Source: Alphaproteobacteria bacterium (GTDB taxonomy: Bacteria > Pseudomonadota > Alphaproteobacteria > UBA828). Taken from it: a DNA stretch of 64,000 nucleotides. The notes below the pieces were generated by a model. The model did not search any database and was not told the DNA's origin. It worked only from the letters and a program-made list of their open reading frames with translations. This document shows, in pieces, positions 30,661 through 40,446 of the stretch (the first letter of the stretch is position 1; the number at the start of each line of letters is the position of its first letter). The position numbers and the translations under genes were made by a program. The stretch covers positions 288,001 to 352,000 of the forward strand of contig CAXXMU010000005.1 of assembly GCA_963667785.2 (NCBI GenBank). The letters are read 5' to 3'.

Positions 30661-30743
30661 ATCCGGACAGGCGGATCAGACGGAAACGGGAAGTGGCACG
30701 CCGCCTCTTAGGGAGAATTGATCTGGATTAGTCTCTTCGTCTG
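30661..30743. repeat. Imperfect direct repeat copy 2 with FNR/FixK-box-like site (30718-30731)
   Basis: Aligns with 30058-30140. Confidence 0.75.
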
Positions 30744-30794
30744 CTCGCGTGCGTTGACTCAGCGTTGCGCGCGAACGCCCACCGGACGCATCGC

Positions 30795-30900
30795 TCGGAT
30801 GCGGTCGAACGGGTGGACCTGGTTCTCCTCCCCGACACGGAGGACGACCGGACGGTCGGGCGTGTTGACGCTGCGCCCGGCGATGTCACGCATGTCGTCT
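30795..30900. mobile_element. Possible decayed IS630-family fragment
   Basis: + frame reads AVERVDLVLLPDTEDDRTVGRVDAAPGDVTH, similar from memory to a shadow translation of IS630 elements; unverified. Confidence 0.25.
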
Positions 30901-30930
30901 GTGAAAAATCGCGGTTTCCGGGACCAGGAT

Positions 30931-31773
30931 TTAGCCGCCGACGCGGTGTGAAGTCGGCCGGCTCGCCGGTTGGTGATCGTCCCCGCCGGCGGTCTCGGCC
31001 AGGCGCTTACGATCGAGAATTCTCAACACCCCGTGCTTCAGCACCAAAAGACCCTCCTCACGAAGCTCGCGCAGCATGCGATTGACATGAATGCTGGTGA
31101 GTCCGAGGGCGTCGCCGATGTGCTCCTGCGTCATCGGCAAGGAAATCTCGTCTTCCCGCTGTGAGGCCGACCACGGCCGACCCTGCCGATAGAGTTCGAG
31201 AAGCAGCGCAGCAACGCGCTTCTTGGCGGTCATGCGACCGAGCAGCGTCAGACGATGCAGTGACCGGCAATGGGACCGGCTCGCGGCGGCGGCCAGCCAC
31301 AGCGCAAGCGCCGAATTCGACCGCGCGGCGCGGAGGAAGCCTGCCATCGAAAAACTGCACACCCGGACGGTGGTCAACGCCTGGACGAAATAGGCCGGCG
31401 GTGCATCTCCGTCCGGTTGAAGTCCGACAATCGAACCAGCCGGCAGGAAGTCGAGTATCTGCCGGCTGCCGTCGTCGAGCAGCTCGTACTGAACGGCCCA
31501 GCCCTCGATGATGACGTGGAAGTCGCCGCAGGGCTCGCTCTGTTCGACGATGTCGTCGCCGGCGGCAACGATGCTCTCCGAAACCCAAAACGAAGGAGCC
31601 GTGCGACCATTGGCTTCCGATTGCGTCGCACATGGCGACAGCGACCTTACACGGCAGCCCTCACACCAGGGCGCCCGTCGTCCGTCGCAACAGTGGTCCC
31701 TGCGAGCAAGGCACGCCCCCGGATTGCGCGCGTGGCCTGGACCCGATCGATCTTGAGAGGGTGCAACCGTCAT
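30931..31773 (-). CDS. Crp/Fnr family transcriptional regulator with FNR-like cysteine motif
   Basis: CEGCRVRSLSPC (C-x2-C-x7-C), DGSRQILDFLPAG, central VCSF, LGRMTAKKRVA, HTH PMTQEHIGDALGLTSIHVNRML. Confidence 0.88.
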   Translation of the reverse strand: MTVAPSQDRSGPGHARNPGACLARRDHCCDGRRAPWCEGCRVRSLSPCATQSEANGRTAPSFWVSESIVAAGDDIVEQSEPCGDFHVIIEGWAVQYELLDDGSRQILDFLPAGSIVGLQPDGDAPPAYFVQALTTVRVCSFSMAGFLRAARSNSALALWLAAAASRSHCRSLHRLTLLGRMTAKKRVAALLLELYRQGRPWSASQREDEISLPMTQEHIGDALGLTSIHVNRMLRELREEGLLVLKHGVLRILDRKRLAETAGGDDHQPASRPTSHRVGG

Positions 31774-32087
31774 CCACCCCTCCCGATCCTCGCAGAGCCG
31801 TTGTCATAGTCTTAGGTGCCGGGCGAACGAGATGCACCTCAGGACTTGTGCTTACGTACAACTGCCTAACCCCGCACACGTCCAATCGGCAGGTATGCCA
31901 CCGTGGGTCGTCCGCCGGCTCCGGGGGGGGCCTTCGAACAGGACGATCGACGCCTCACCGCCGAAACCATGGCCGGCGGTCTGGACGGAGCCATTCCTGC
32001 CCGCGTGGATCGGGCTCGCGGACCGCAAGCCCCCATGCAGGCGCGCGTCAACGGCACCCGGTGCGGGAAGGGAGACTACCGGAAACT

Positions 32088-32735
32088 CTACGTCGCGCCG
32101 CGTGCTGACGGGGACGTGTCGCCAAGCGGGTCGACGCCGGCAACGAGCGCCATCCTCACCAGGTGGGACAGGCTGTCCGCCCCCATCTTCTTCATGACGT
32201 TCCGGCGATACACCTCGACAGTGCGGCCGCTGATTCCCAACTCGTACGCGGCAATCTTGTTGGAGCGGCCCATCACGAGCTGTTCGAACACCTGCCGTTC
32301 GCGCAGGGTCAGCTCACCGATCCGGTCACCGATTTCGACCTTCTCGAGCCGGTCGCGCTGAGCATCTCCGCCAAGTTCGACGGCCCGCGCAACGCTCTCC
32401 AGCAGGCGGTCCCGGCTCACCGGCTTCTCGATGAAATCGATCGCGCCGGCACGCATCGCCTGCACCGCCATGGTTATGTCGCCGTGACCGGTGACGATGA
32501 TGATCGGCAGTATCACACCGCGATCTCTCACGCGCCGCTGAACCTCCAACCCGTCCAGGTCCGGCATCTTGACGTCCAACAGGACGCATGACCCAGGAAC
32601 GGTATCCAGGGAGTCGAGAAACGCGGCTCCCGACCTGAATCCGCTGGTCCGATAACCTGCCGTTTCGAGCAGTGCCTCGAGCGACGCACGAACGGCGTCA
32701 TCATCATCGACGACAATGATCAGCTCACCAGACAC
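32088..32735 (-). CDS. fixJ: FixJ-like response regulator (REC plus LuxR HTH)
   Basis: VVDDD, LLDVKMP, TGHGDITMAVQAMRAGAIDFIEKP, LTLRERQV..NKIAAYELGISGRTVEVYR. Confidence 0.88.
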   Translation of the reverse strand: MSGELIIVVDDDDAVRASLEALLETAGYRTSGFRSGAAFLDSLDTVPGSCVLLDVKMPDLDGLEVQRRVRDRGVILPIIIVTGHGDITMAVQAMRAGAIDFIEKPVSRDRLLESVARAVELGGDAQRDRLEKVEIGDRIGELTLRERQVFEQLVMGRSNKIAAYELGISGRTVEVYRRNVMKKMGADSLSHLVRMALVAGVDPLGDTSPSARGAT

Positions 32736-32736
32736 G

Positions 32737-33930
32737 TCAGTATTTCGACTCTTCGAAGACCGGGACCGTAAAGCTAATTCGTGCGCCGCCTTTCGGCTTG
32801 TCGTCTACAACGATCCTGCCGCCATGCGCATCGATGATCGAGCGGCAGATACTCAGACCGATTCCGATACCGTCGAGCTTGGTCGAAACGAACGGTTCGA
32901 ACAGAGTCTCCCGGATCGCCGCAGGGAATCCGGGCCCATCATCTCCGACACTCACCTCAACCATGTCGCCTCTGGCCACGGTCGTGACGAAAACAGTGCT
33001 GCCGTCGCTGTCGCCCAACGCATCGATGCTATTGCGCACCAGATTATGGATCACTTGCTGGATCTGAACGTGATCGATAAGCACGGAGGGAAGATCGTCG
33101 GCAAGGCTCATCTTCAAGTCGATGCTCTCGCTCGCGGTTCCCAGCATCGTCAGCTCGCAAATCTCCCTCACCACGGTATTGATGTCCAACACGGATCGCT
33201 CGGTATCCCCCCTGCTCGCAAACTCGAGCAGCCGTCTGAGCACGTCGCCCGCCCGCCGTGTCTGGGCGACGGCTTGGTCCATGAGCTCGCGAATTCGGGC
33301 GCGCTCCCCGCCGTCGCCTTGATCGATCAGTGCGGCGCTGGCTTCGACAAATCCCATGGCTGCCGAAAGAGGCTGGGTCAGCTCGTGCGCCAGGGTGGAT
33401 CCCATTTCTCCAACGGCGCTTGCGCGCGATACCAGCAACAGCTCCGACTGCAGCTCCTCGATTTTCTCGCGGGCTCGCTGCACCTCGGTAAGGTCGTGAA
33501 GTGTGCCGATGAAGAGGGGCGCGTCGTCGCTATCGCGCAGCTCGCCCACCGACAGACGGATCGGAACCGTCGAACCGTCCTTGCGCCGGCCGCTCACGTC
33601 ACGGCCGCTTCCGATAATCTTTGCCTCACCTGACTGCAGATAGTTCTGTATGTAGGAGTCGTGATTCTGGCGATCGGGGTGGGGCATGAGAAGTTTGACA
33701 TTCCTGCCGAGAACTTCTCGTGCCGAATACCCGAATAGTCGTTCGCACGCGGCGTTATACAGCAACACCGTGCCCGACGAATCGATCACGACCATGCCAT
33801 CGAGCGCAGTATCGATCACCTGGCGAAGTCTATCCTCGCCAAGAAGACCCGACGTTCCTGAAAGCGCTGTTGGCGGCATGGCTTCTACACGTCGCGCCAC
33901 AATCCCGGTTTGGAGATCAACGGTCTCCAC
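32737..33930 (-). CDS. fixL: FixL-like heme-PAS sensor histidine kinase (start uncertain)
   Basis: PAS GRNVKLLMP..HDSYIQNY..GEAKIIG.GR..RRKDGS with the heme His; H-box LAHELTQPL; QQVIHNLVRN, DDGPG, GIGLSIC. Confidence 0.86.
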   Translation of the reverse strand: METVDLQTGIVARRVEAMPPTALSGTSGLLGEDRLRQVIDTALDGMVVIDSSGTVLLYNAACERLFGYSAREVLGRNVKLLMPHPDRQNHDSYIQNYLQSGEAKIIGSGRDVSGRRKDGSTVPIRLSVGELRDSDDAPLFIGTLHDLTEVQRAREKIEELQSELLLVSRASAVGEMGSTLAHELTQPLSAAMGFVEASAALIDQGDGGERARIRELMDQAVAQTRRAGDVLRRLLEFASRGDTERSVLDINTVVREICELTMLGTASESIDLKMSLADDLPSVLIDHVQIQQVIHNLVRNSIDALGDSDGSTVFVTTVARGDMVEVSVGDDGPGFPAAIRETLFEPFVSTKLDGIGIGLSICRSIIDAHGGRIVVDDKPKGGARISFTVPVFEESKY

Positions 33931-34357
33931 GTGCGTGCAATCGGCGACTGGGCGTCTATCCCAGAACTTCGCGACGATCGAAATGCCGTTCTCGAGTCAG
34001 ACACGTATCGGGGAAAAATAGATTGGAAAAATTCATCTCCTGACTCTCGATATACTAAGCGCAAACACCGAGTTCCAAACCGATACCGCGCACGAAATTC
34101 GCATCTGCCAGAGGCTATCGTATCTCCTCGTGTTCGGCGATCCTTGCACCGCCATCGCGATCCTGTGGCATCCTCGCTGGACGGCGCATGGCCTGTCAAT
34201 GTGGCGCGAGTTCACGACGGCGCCTCGTGTCAGTGCCGCCGCAGCATGCTCGGCGCAGACGGGATTTGCGTGATTCGCCGAACGGGTGGCGAATGGGGCG
34301 AGGGCGTCGTGCGGGGTGCGGACGAGCACTCTTCGGCCGACGGCAAGCCCTCGTCGC

Positions 34358-35782
34358 TCACCTGCGTAGTCGGCTCAGACGCACGGACAGATTGGACGGC
34401 ATCATCGTGAACGCCAGAAGCTCGTCCACGTCCCCACCGTCACGCACGGGCTCCACCTGGAAGTTCCGGCACAGCATCGCGAGGACCGTCCTGATCTGAA
34501 GCAGGGCGAGGCTGCGACCGGGGCAGAGGCGCGGGCCGGCGCCGAACGGAACAAAGGCGCGGCGGTCGTGCGGACAGGTTCTTGATTCAGGCGGAACGAG
34601 CCAGCGGTCGGGATCGAACCGTGCGCCCTCGCCGAAGTTCTCGTCCCGCGTCGCCATGCGCCTCACCAGCAGCATGATCGGCGTCCCCCTGGGTATCGCG
34701 CAGCCGAGGATCGTGACATCGGCCACGGGCTCGACCACGTGGAGCGGCGCGACGGGCTTCAGACGCATCACCTCGTTGCAGAAGGCGTCGAGGAACGGAA
34801 GCGCGTTGGCTTGATCCAGACTTGCGATGGCCGGCTCGGGCGCGACCACCGCATCGACCTCGCGCCGGACCCGCTCGAAGTGCTCCGGATACGTCGTGAA
34901 GTAGTGGACGGCCCAGGCCATGCTGTTCGCCGTCGTGTCCTCGCCCGCCAGCAGCAGCGTGCCGGCGTTGGCGAAGATCTCGGCGTCGCTGAACCCGGAC
35001 TCCTCGGTCTCCACCGCCGCCAGGATGGCCTCCAGGAAGTTGGTCGGCGCATCGCGCCGTTCGGGCTCGGCCGCCATGCGCTCCCGCGTGGCGCGGACCA
35101 TGTCTCCCACCTCCCGCTCCAGCGCCACGAGCGCCCGGTCGAGCGCGCGGTCAGACGGCAGGCGGATGTAGCGCCACCAGGGGAAGGCGGCGTTCACGCG
35201 CCGGTGCAGCACGGGGAAGACCTTGTCGAGATGCCGCTGTATCACCGGGCCCGGCGTCTCCAGGGTGTTGGCGTCGACCCCGAACGCAAGCTGCATGGTG
35301 ACGTCGACGGTGAAGCGCATCAGGTCGCGGCAGAGGTCCACGGGTTCCGAGGCATCCGCCGCCCGCTCCCAGCGCCGCTGCAGGCGTCCCACCGTCACCG
35401 CCAGCGTGGGAAAGAAGTCCTTGAGCTTCGCGCGGTTCAGGGCGGCGGTGACGATCCGGCGCTGCCGGCGCCAGTCCTCGCCTTCGGCCGCGAAGACGCC
35501 CTTGAGGCGCATTTCGGCAGCCACCGACTCGAGCATGACGGTGCGCCGGAAGCCCTCGGGACGCTGCACCAGGATGCGCTGGATGGCCGCGCGGTCCGAG
35601 ATCACCGCGATACGATGTGGTCCGATGCGGATCCGGAATATCGCGCCGTGCTGCTCCGCCCAGTCTTCCAGGATCAGGTGGAGCCGGTCGAAACGGATCC
35701 GATGGAGGTTGCCCAGCAGCGGCAGTCCACGGGGACCGGGGAGGTCGGCGAGCGGCGTCAATGCGCTTTCGCTCCGCGTCAT
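34358..35782 (-). CDS. Cytochrome P450
   Basis: PGPRGLPLLG, AGEDTT, EVMR, FDPDRW, FGAGPRLCPG. Confidence 0.95.
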   Translation of the reverse strand: MTRSESALTPLADLPGPRGLPLLGNLHRIRFDRLHLILEDWAEQHGAIFRIRIGPHRIAVISDRAAIQRILVQRPEGFRRTVMLESVAAEMRLKGVFAAEGEDWRRQRRIVTAALNRAKLKDFFPTLAVTVGRLQRRWERAADASEPVDLCRDLMRFTVDVTMQLAFGVDANTLETPGPVIQRHLDKVFPVLHRRVNAAFPWWRYIRLPSDRALDRALVALEREVGDMVRATRERMAAEPERRDAPTNFLEAILAAVETEESGFSDAEIFANAGTLLLAGEDTTANSMAWAVHYFTTYPEHFERVRREVDAVVAPEPAIASLDQANALPFLDAFCNEVMRLKPVAPLHVVEPVADVTILGCAIPRGTPIMLLVRRMATRDENFGEGARFDPDRWLVPPESRTCPHDRRAFVPFGAGPRLCPGRSLALLQIRTVLAMLCRNFQVEPVRDGGDVDELLAFTMMPSNLSVRLSRLRR

Positions 35783-35963
35783 GGCGCCATTCTCGGGCAT
35801 TTCGGGCCGTGGGCATAGCCGCGCAACCGACGCGCTGCCGGTCTCTCCCGTAAAGATCGAAGGCCGTTCGTCCGGGGCCCTCTTCTCGGATCGTCGACAG
35901 GATTCGTCACCCATCGGCTTCCGAGACGCAGCCCCGGATGGACAACCTATTGAGAGATCACAG

Positions 35964-37466
35964 CTAGTGCAGCGCGACCCGCGCCATGTGCTCGCCGGCT
36001 CGCAGCGCCTGGGCGGCGACGGTGAGCGCGGGATTGACGGCGGCGGACGAGGGAAAGAACGAGGCGTCGACGACGTAGAGATTGTCGAGATCGAAGGCCT
36101 TGCAGAAGGGGTCGAGCGGTGCGTCGGCCGGGTCGTGGCCGAAGCGCACGGTGCCGCACTGGTGCGACGGCGTCTCCTTGGAGAACGCCTTGCTCAGCAC
36201 GATGGGAAAGCCCGCCGCACGCAGCATCCGGCGCGCCTTCGCCACCAGCATCCTGTGCGCGGCGAGGTTCGTCCGCCGCCAGTCGAGGACGATGGTGCCG
36301 TCGCTGCGCGCCCTCACCCGACTGTCCGGATGCGGCAGGTCCTCCGACATGGCGTACCAGTCGACGCTGTGGGCAGCCAGCCAGGCTCGCGCCCAGCGCG
36401 GCACGCGGCGGATCTCGTTGCGCAGCATCGGCTCCATGATCTTGCCGAGAAGCTGCAGGTTGCCGAGCGGGGGCCCGCCCTCGCCATCGTCGAGGTAGAA
36501 GTCGTTGACCGCCAGCGTCTTCTGGAAGGTCTCCCTGTTGGCGCGGAGCGGCCCTATCGCCATGACCGCCGTGCAGTTGTGGTTCATGTAGTGGCGCCCG
36601 ACCATGCCGGAGGCGTTGGCGAGGCCACGTGCGTGCGTGGCGTGGACCGAGCGAAGCAGGATTGCCGCGCTGTTCACGGCGCCCGCCGCCAGCACGAAGA
36701 GCCCGCCCCGCACCTCCGTCCCGTCGGCTAACTCGACCGCCTCGATGCGCCGGCCGCTCGCGTCCGCGCGCAGGCGGACGACCCGTGCCCCGCATCGCAG
36801 CACCACGTTCTCGCACTCCAGCACCGGGTCGATGAGCCGGGTCTCGGCATCGCCCTTGGCGCCGAGGCGGCAGGGAAAGCCGTCGCAGGTGTTGCAGCGC
36901 ACGCAGGCGCCGCCTTCGTGGTCCTGCACCGACGACGGGAGCGGGAACGGGTGCAGGCCCTGTGCACGCAGCCGCTCGGCGAGCGCGGCGATCGCCGGGT
37001 TGTGGCGGAGCGGCGGATGCGGGTAGGGGCCGGAGCGCGCCGACTCCGTCGGGTCGGCCCCGGCTTCGCCGTGCACGCCGAAGAGACGCTCGGCTCGGGC
37101 GTAGTAGGGCTCCAGCGTGTCGTAGTCGACGGGCCAGGCCGGCGAGAGTCCGCCGGCGTGCTCCATGGCCACGAAATCCTCGCGCCGGAAGCGGAACATG
37201 GTGGCGCCGAACACCTTCGTATGACCGCCCACGTAGTAGAATTGCCCCGGCCGAAACGAGCGGCCGTTGCCGTCAACCCAGCGCTCGTCGGACTTGTAGG
37301 CGGCATCGGCGTAGACGGCCTCTGGGTCCCAGTTGCGGTCTTCGCGCGGGAGTCGCGATCCCCGCTCGAGGATGACGATGCGGGCGCCGGTGGGAGCCAG
37401 AACGTGGGCGATGCAGCCGCCGCCCACGCCCGACCCGACGATCACCACATCGAAGCCGCCCGCCAC
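35964..37466 (-). CDS. GMC family oxidoreductase
   Basis: GSGVGG, VGGHTKVFGA, CVRCNTCDGFPC, GRHYMNH, SHQCGT, VVDASFFPSSAAVNP. Confidence 0.92.
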   Translation of the reverse strand: MAGGFDVVIVGSGVGGGCIAHVLAPTGARIVILERGSRLPREDRNWDPEAVYADAAYKSDERWVDGNGRSFRPGQFYYVGGHTKVFGATMFRFRREDFVAMEHAGGLSPAWPVDYDTLEPYYARAERLFGVHGEAGADPTESARSGPYPHPPLRHNPAIAALAERLRAQGLHPFPLPSSVQDHEGGACVRCNTCDGFPCRLGAKGDAETRLIDPVLECENVVLRCGARVVRLRADASGRRIEAVELADGTEVRGGLFVLAAGAVNSAAILLRSVHATHARGLANASGMVGRHYMNHNCTAVMAIGPLRANRETFQKTLAVNDFYLDDGEGGPPLGNLQLLGKIMEPMLRNEIRRVPRWARAWLAAHSVDWYAMSEDLPHPDSRVRARSDGTIVLDWRRTNLAAHRMLVAKARRMLRAAGFPIVLSKAFSKETPSHQCGTVRFGHDPADAPLDPFCKAFDLDNLYVVDASFFPSSAAVNPALTVAAQALRAGEHMARVALH

Positions 37467-37470
37467 CGGC

Positions 37471-38586
37471 TCAGAGACGCTGCTCGGTCTCGGGGTCGAA
37501 GAGCACCGCCTTGGACATGTCGACCATGAAGGTGCAGCGCTCGCCTGCGCGGGCGCCGGTCTCGGCCCTGAGCCGGGCCACGGCTTCCCTGCCGCCCAGC
37601 CGGATCATCGCCAGCGTGTCGGCGCCGGTCGGCTGCGTGACCTCCACATGGGCTTCGAGCGGGTGGCGTTGGGCGCCATCGTCGGGGGCGGCGGCGGGGG
37701 CGTCGTCGATACTCTCGGGCCGGAGCCCCAGGATGACGTCGCGGCCGACGAAAGCCTCGGCAGCGGCGGAGGGCCGGTGGAGAGGCAGCACCGTGGTCGT
37801 GCCGTCCGCGCGCTTCAGACTGACGACCAGCGCTCCGTGCGCCCGGTCGAGCCGCGCCGGCACCAGGTTCATCGAGGGCGAGCCCATGAAGTCCGCCACG
37901 AAGATGTTGGCGGGTGTGTTGTAGATCTCGGCCGGCGTGCCGACCTGCTGCAGCACGCCGTCCTTCAGCACCGCAATCACGGTCGCCAGCGTCATCGCTT
38001 CGATCTGGTCATGGGTCACGTAGACGATGGTCGTTCCCAACCGCTGGTGCAGCTTCTGAATCTCGGTGCGCATCTCGACCCGGAGCTTGGCGTCCAGGTT
38101 GGAGAGCGGCTCGTCGAACAGGAAGATCTTTGGATCGCGCACCAACGCGCGCCCCATGGCGACGCGCTGGCGCTGGCCGCCGGAAAGCTGGCTCGGCTTG
38201 CGCTCCAGCAGGTCCTCGATCTGCAGCATGCTGGCCACCCTGGCCACCACCTGCTGGCGCTCGGCCTTGGGCACGCCCCGCATCTCCATGCCGAAGGACA
38301 TGTTCTTCGCGACGTTCATGTTGGGGTAGAGCGCGTAGGACTGGAACACCATGGCGATGTCGCGCTTGGAGGGGTGAAGCTCGTTCACCCGGACGCCGTC
38401 AATCAGGATCTCGCCGGCGGTAACGGTCTCGAGGCCCGCGATGGTGTTGAGCAGCGTCGACTTGCCGCAGCCCGAAGGCCCCACCAGCACGAGGAAGCCG
38501 CCGCGCGGCACGCTGATGTCGATGCCCTTGAGCACCTCGACCGAGCCGAAGCGCTTCTCGAGACCGTTGACCACCAGGAACGACAT
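37471..38586 (-). CDS. Carbohydrate ABC transporter ATP-binding protein (MalK/UgpC family)
   Basis: [34 protein letters not shown]. Confidence 0.95.
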   Translation of the reverse strand: MSFLVVNGLEKRFGSVEVLKGIDISVPRGGFLVLVGPSGCGKSTLLNTIAGLETVTAGEILIDGVRVNELHPSKRDIAMVFQSYALYPNMNVAKNMSFGMEMRGVPKAERQQVVARVASMLQIEDLLERKPSQLSGGQRQRVAMGRALVRDPKIFLFDEPLSNLDAKLRVEMRTEIQKLHQRLGTTIVYVTHDQIEAMTLATVIAVLKDGVLQQVGTPAEIYNTPANIFVADFMGSPSMNLVPARLDRAHGALVVSLKRADGTTTVLPLHRPSAAAEAFVGRDVILGLRPESIDDAPAAAPDDGAQRHPLEAHVEVTQPTGADTLAMIRLGGREAVARLRAETGARAGERCTFMVDMSKAVLFDPETEQRL

Positions 38587-38590
38587 GCGC

Positions 38591-39472
38591 CTACCCCTTG
38601 ACGGCGCCGGCCATGAGGCCGCGCACGAAATAGCGGCCGGCGACGACATAGACCAGCAGCGTCGGGATCGCCGCCAGGATCGCGCCGGCGAAGTGCACGT
38701 TGTACTCCTTCACGCCGGTCGACGAGCTGACCAGATTGTTGAGCGCAACCGTCATCGGCTGAGAGTCGAAATCCGAGAACGACGCGCCGAACAGGAAGTC
38801 GTTCCAGATACTGGTGAACTGCCAGATCACCGTGACCACGATGATGGGGCCCGAGCTCGGCAGGAGGATGCGGTAGAAGATGCGCAGGAAGTTGGCCCCG
38901 TCGATCTGCGCCGCCTTCACCAGTTCGGTCGGGAAGGCGGCGTAGTAGTTGCGGAAGAAGAGGGTGGTGAAGCCCAGGCCGTAGACCACGTGCACCAGCA
39001 CCAGGCCCCAGGTCGTGCCGGCGATGCCGAGGAAGCCCAGCACGCGGGCCATGGGGATGAGCACGATCTGGAAGGGGATAAAGCAGGCGAACAGCATCAG
39101 CGCGAAGAGGAGGGTATCGCCGCGGAAGCGCCACTTGGTGAGCACGTAGCCGTTGAGCGCCCCCAGCAGGGTCGAGATCACCACCGCAGGCACCACCATC
39201 TTGATCGAGTTCAGGAAGTAGGGTGCAAGGCCGGTCGGCTGAACGCCGATCTGGGCCTGGTTCCAGGCCTTGATCCAGGGCGCGATGGTGACGAGCTCGG
39301 GCAGCGCCAGCATGTTGCCGCCGCGGATCTCGTCCAGCTCCTTGAACGAGTTCACCATCATCACGAAGAGCGGCAGCAGGTAGTAGACGGCGAAGACCAG
39401 CAGCGCGGCATAGATCAGCGCCCGCGTGAGCCGGCCCGTGCGGACGGCGGTCTCCACGGCGCTAGCGGCCAC
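38591..39472 (-). CDS. Carbohydrate ABC transporter permease
   Basis: [11 protein letters not shown] loop, IWNDFLF. Confidence 0.93.
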   Translation of the reverse strand: MAASAVETAVRTGRLTRALIYAALLVFAVYYLLPLFVMMVNSFKELDEIRGGNMLALPELVTIAPWIKAWNQAQIGVQPTGLAPYFLNSIKMVVPAVVISTLLGALNGYVLTKWRFRGDTLLFALMLFACFIPFQIVLIPMARVLGFLGIAGTTWGLVLVHVVYGLGFTTLFFRNYYAAFPTELVKAAQIDGANFLRIFYRILLPSSGPIIVVTVIWQFTSIWNDFLFGASFSDFDSQPMTVALNNLVSSSTGVKEYNVHFAGAILAAIPTLLVYVVAGRYFVRGLMAGAVKG

Positions 39473-40370
39473 GACGCGGCTCCCGCAGCTCGGCATAGAG
39501 GTAGGGCACGATGACGGCCGCGACCATCATCAGCATGATCACCGCGGAGCCCGCGCCGATGCCCATCTGGTTGCGGGTGAAGGTGTAGGAGTACATGAAG
39601 GTCGCCGGCATCTCGGTCGCCCGTCCAGGCCCGCCGCCGGTGAGCGCCACCACCAGGTCGTAGGACTTGATCGCCATGTGGGCGAGGACGACGAAGGCGG
39701 ACAGGAACGCGGGCCTGAGCTGCGGAATGATGATCCGTGCGTAGAGCTTGAGGTTCGAGGCGCCGTCGATCTGCGCCGCCTTGATGATCTCGTTGTCGAT
39801 GCCGCGCAGGCCCGCCAGGAAGATGGCCATGACGAAGCCCGAAGTCTGCCAGACCGCGGCGATCACGATGGTGTAGATCGCCATCTGGCGGCTCTTGATC
39901 CAGTCGAACTCGAAACTGGCCCAACCCCAGCTCTGCAGGGTCTGCTCGAGACCGATGCCGGGGTCGAGGAACCACTTCCATGCCGTGCCGGTGACGATGA
40001 AGCTGAGCGCCATCGGGTAGAGATAGAGCGGCCTCAGCACGCCTTCGCTGCGGATCTTCTGGTCGAGAAGGATGGCCAGGGTCAGGCCGATCACGGTGCA
40101 GATGGCGATGTAGAGGCCACCGAAGATCACCAGGTTCTCGACCGCCGTCGACCAGTGGCGCAGCCCGAACAGCTTCTCGTAGTTCTCGAAGCCGATGATG
40201 TTGAACTTGGGAAGGATGCGGGAGTCGGTGAACGAGAGGTAAACGGTGAAGACGATAAAGCCGTAAACGAAGAGAACGATCGCCGCGAAGCTGGGCGCCA
40301 GCACCAGCCGCGGCAGAGCCTGTTGCGCCCAGCCTCGAAGGTAACGGCCGTGCTCTACCGCGAAGGACAC
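39462..40370 (-). CDS. Carbohydrate ABC transporter permease
   Basis: [31 protein letters not shown]. Confidence 0.93.
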   Translation of the reverse strand: MSFAVEHGRYLRGWAQQALPRLVLAPSFAAIVLFVYGFIVFTVYLSFTDSRILPKFNIIGFENYEKLFGLRHWSTAVENLVIFGGLYIAICTVIGLTLAILLDQKIRSEGVLRPLYLYPMALSFIVTGTAWKWFLDPGIGLEQTLQSWGWASFEFDWIKSRQMAIYTIVIAAVWQTSGFVMAIFLAGLRGIDNEIIKAAQIDGASNLKLYARIIIPQLRPAFLSAFVVLAHMAIKSYDLVVALTGGGPGRATEMPATFMYSYTFTRNQMGIGAGSAVIMLMMVAAVIVPYLYAELREPRRGR

Positions 40371-40446
40371 GGCCGTATCCCCCGCTCTTGCGCGATGAGG
40401 ACGGATTGGCCCCGACGAGTGGGCCGGGACCAATCGTCCATGTCGG

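Noticed and set aside
31923-31930. G8 run upstream of the Crp/Fnr gene
   Set aside because: Short and intergenic; cannot be tied to a promoter spacer
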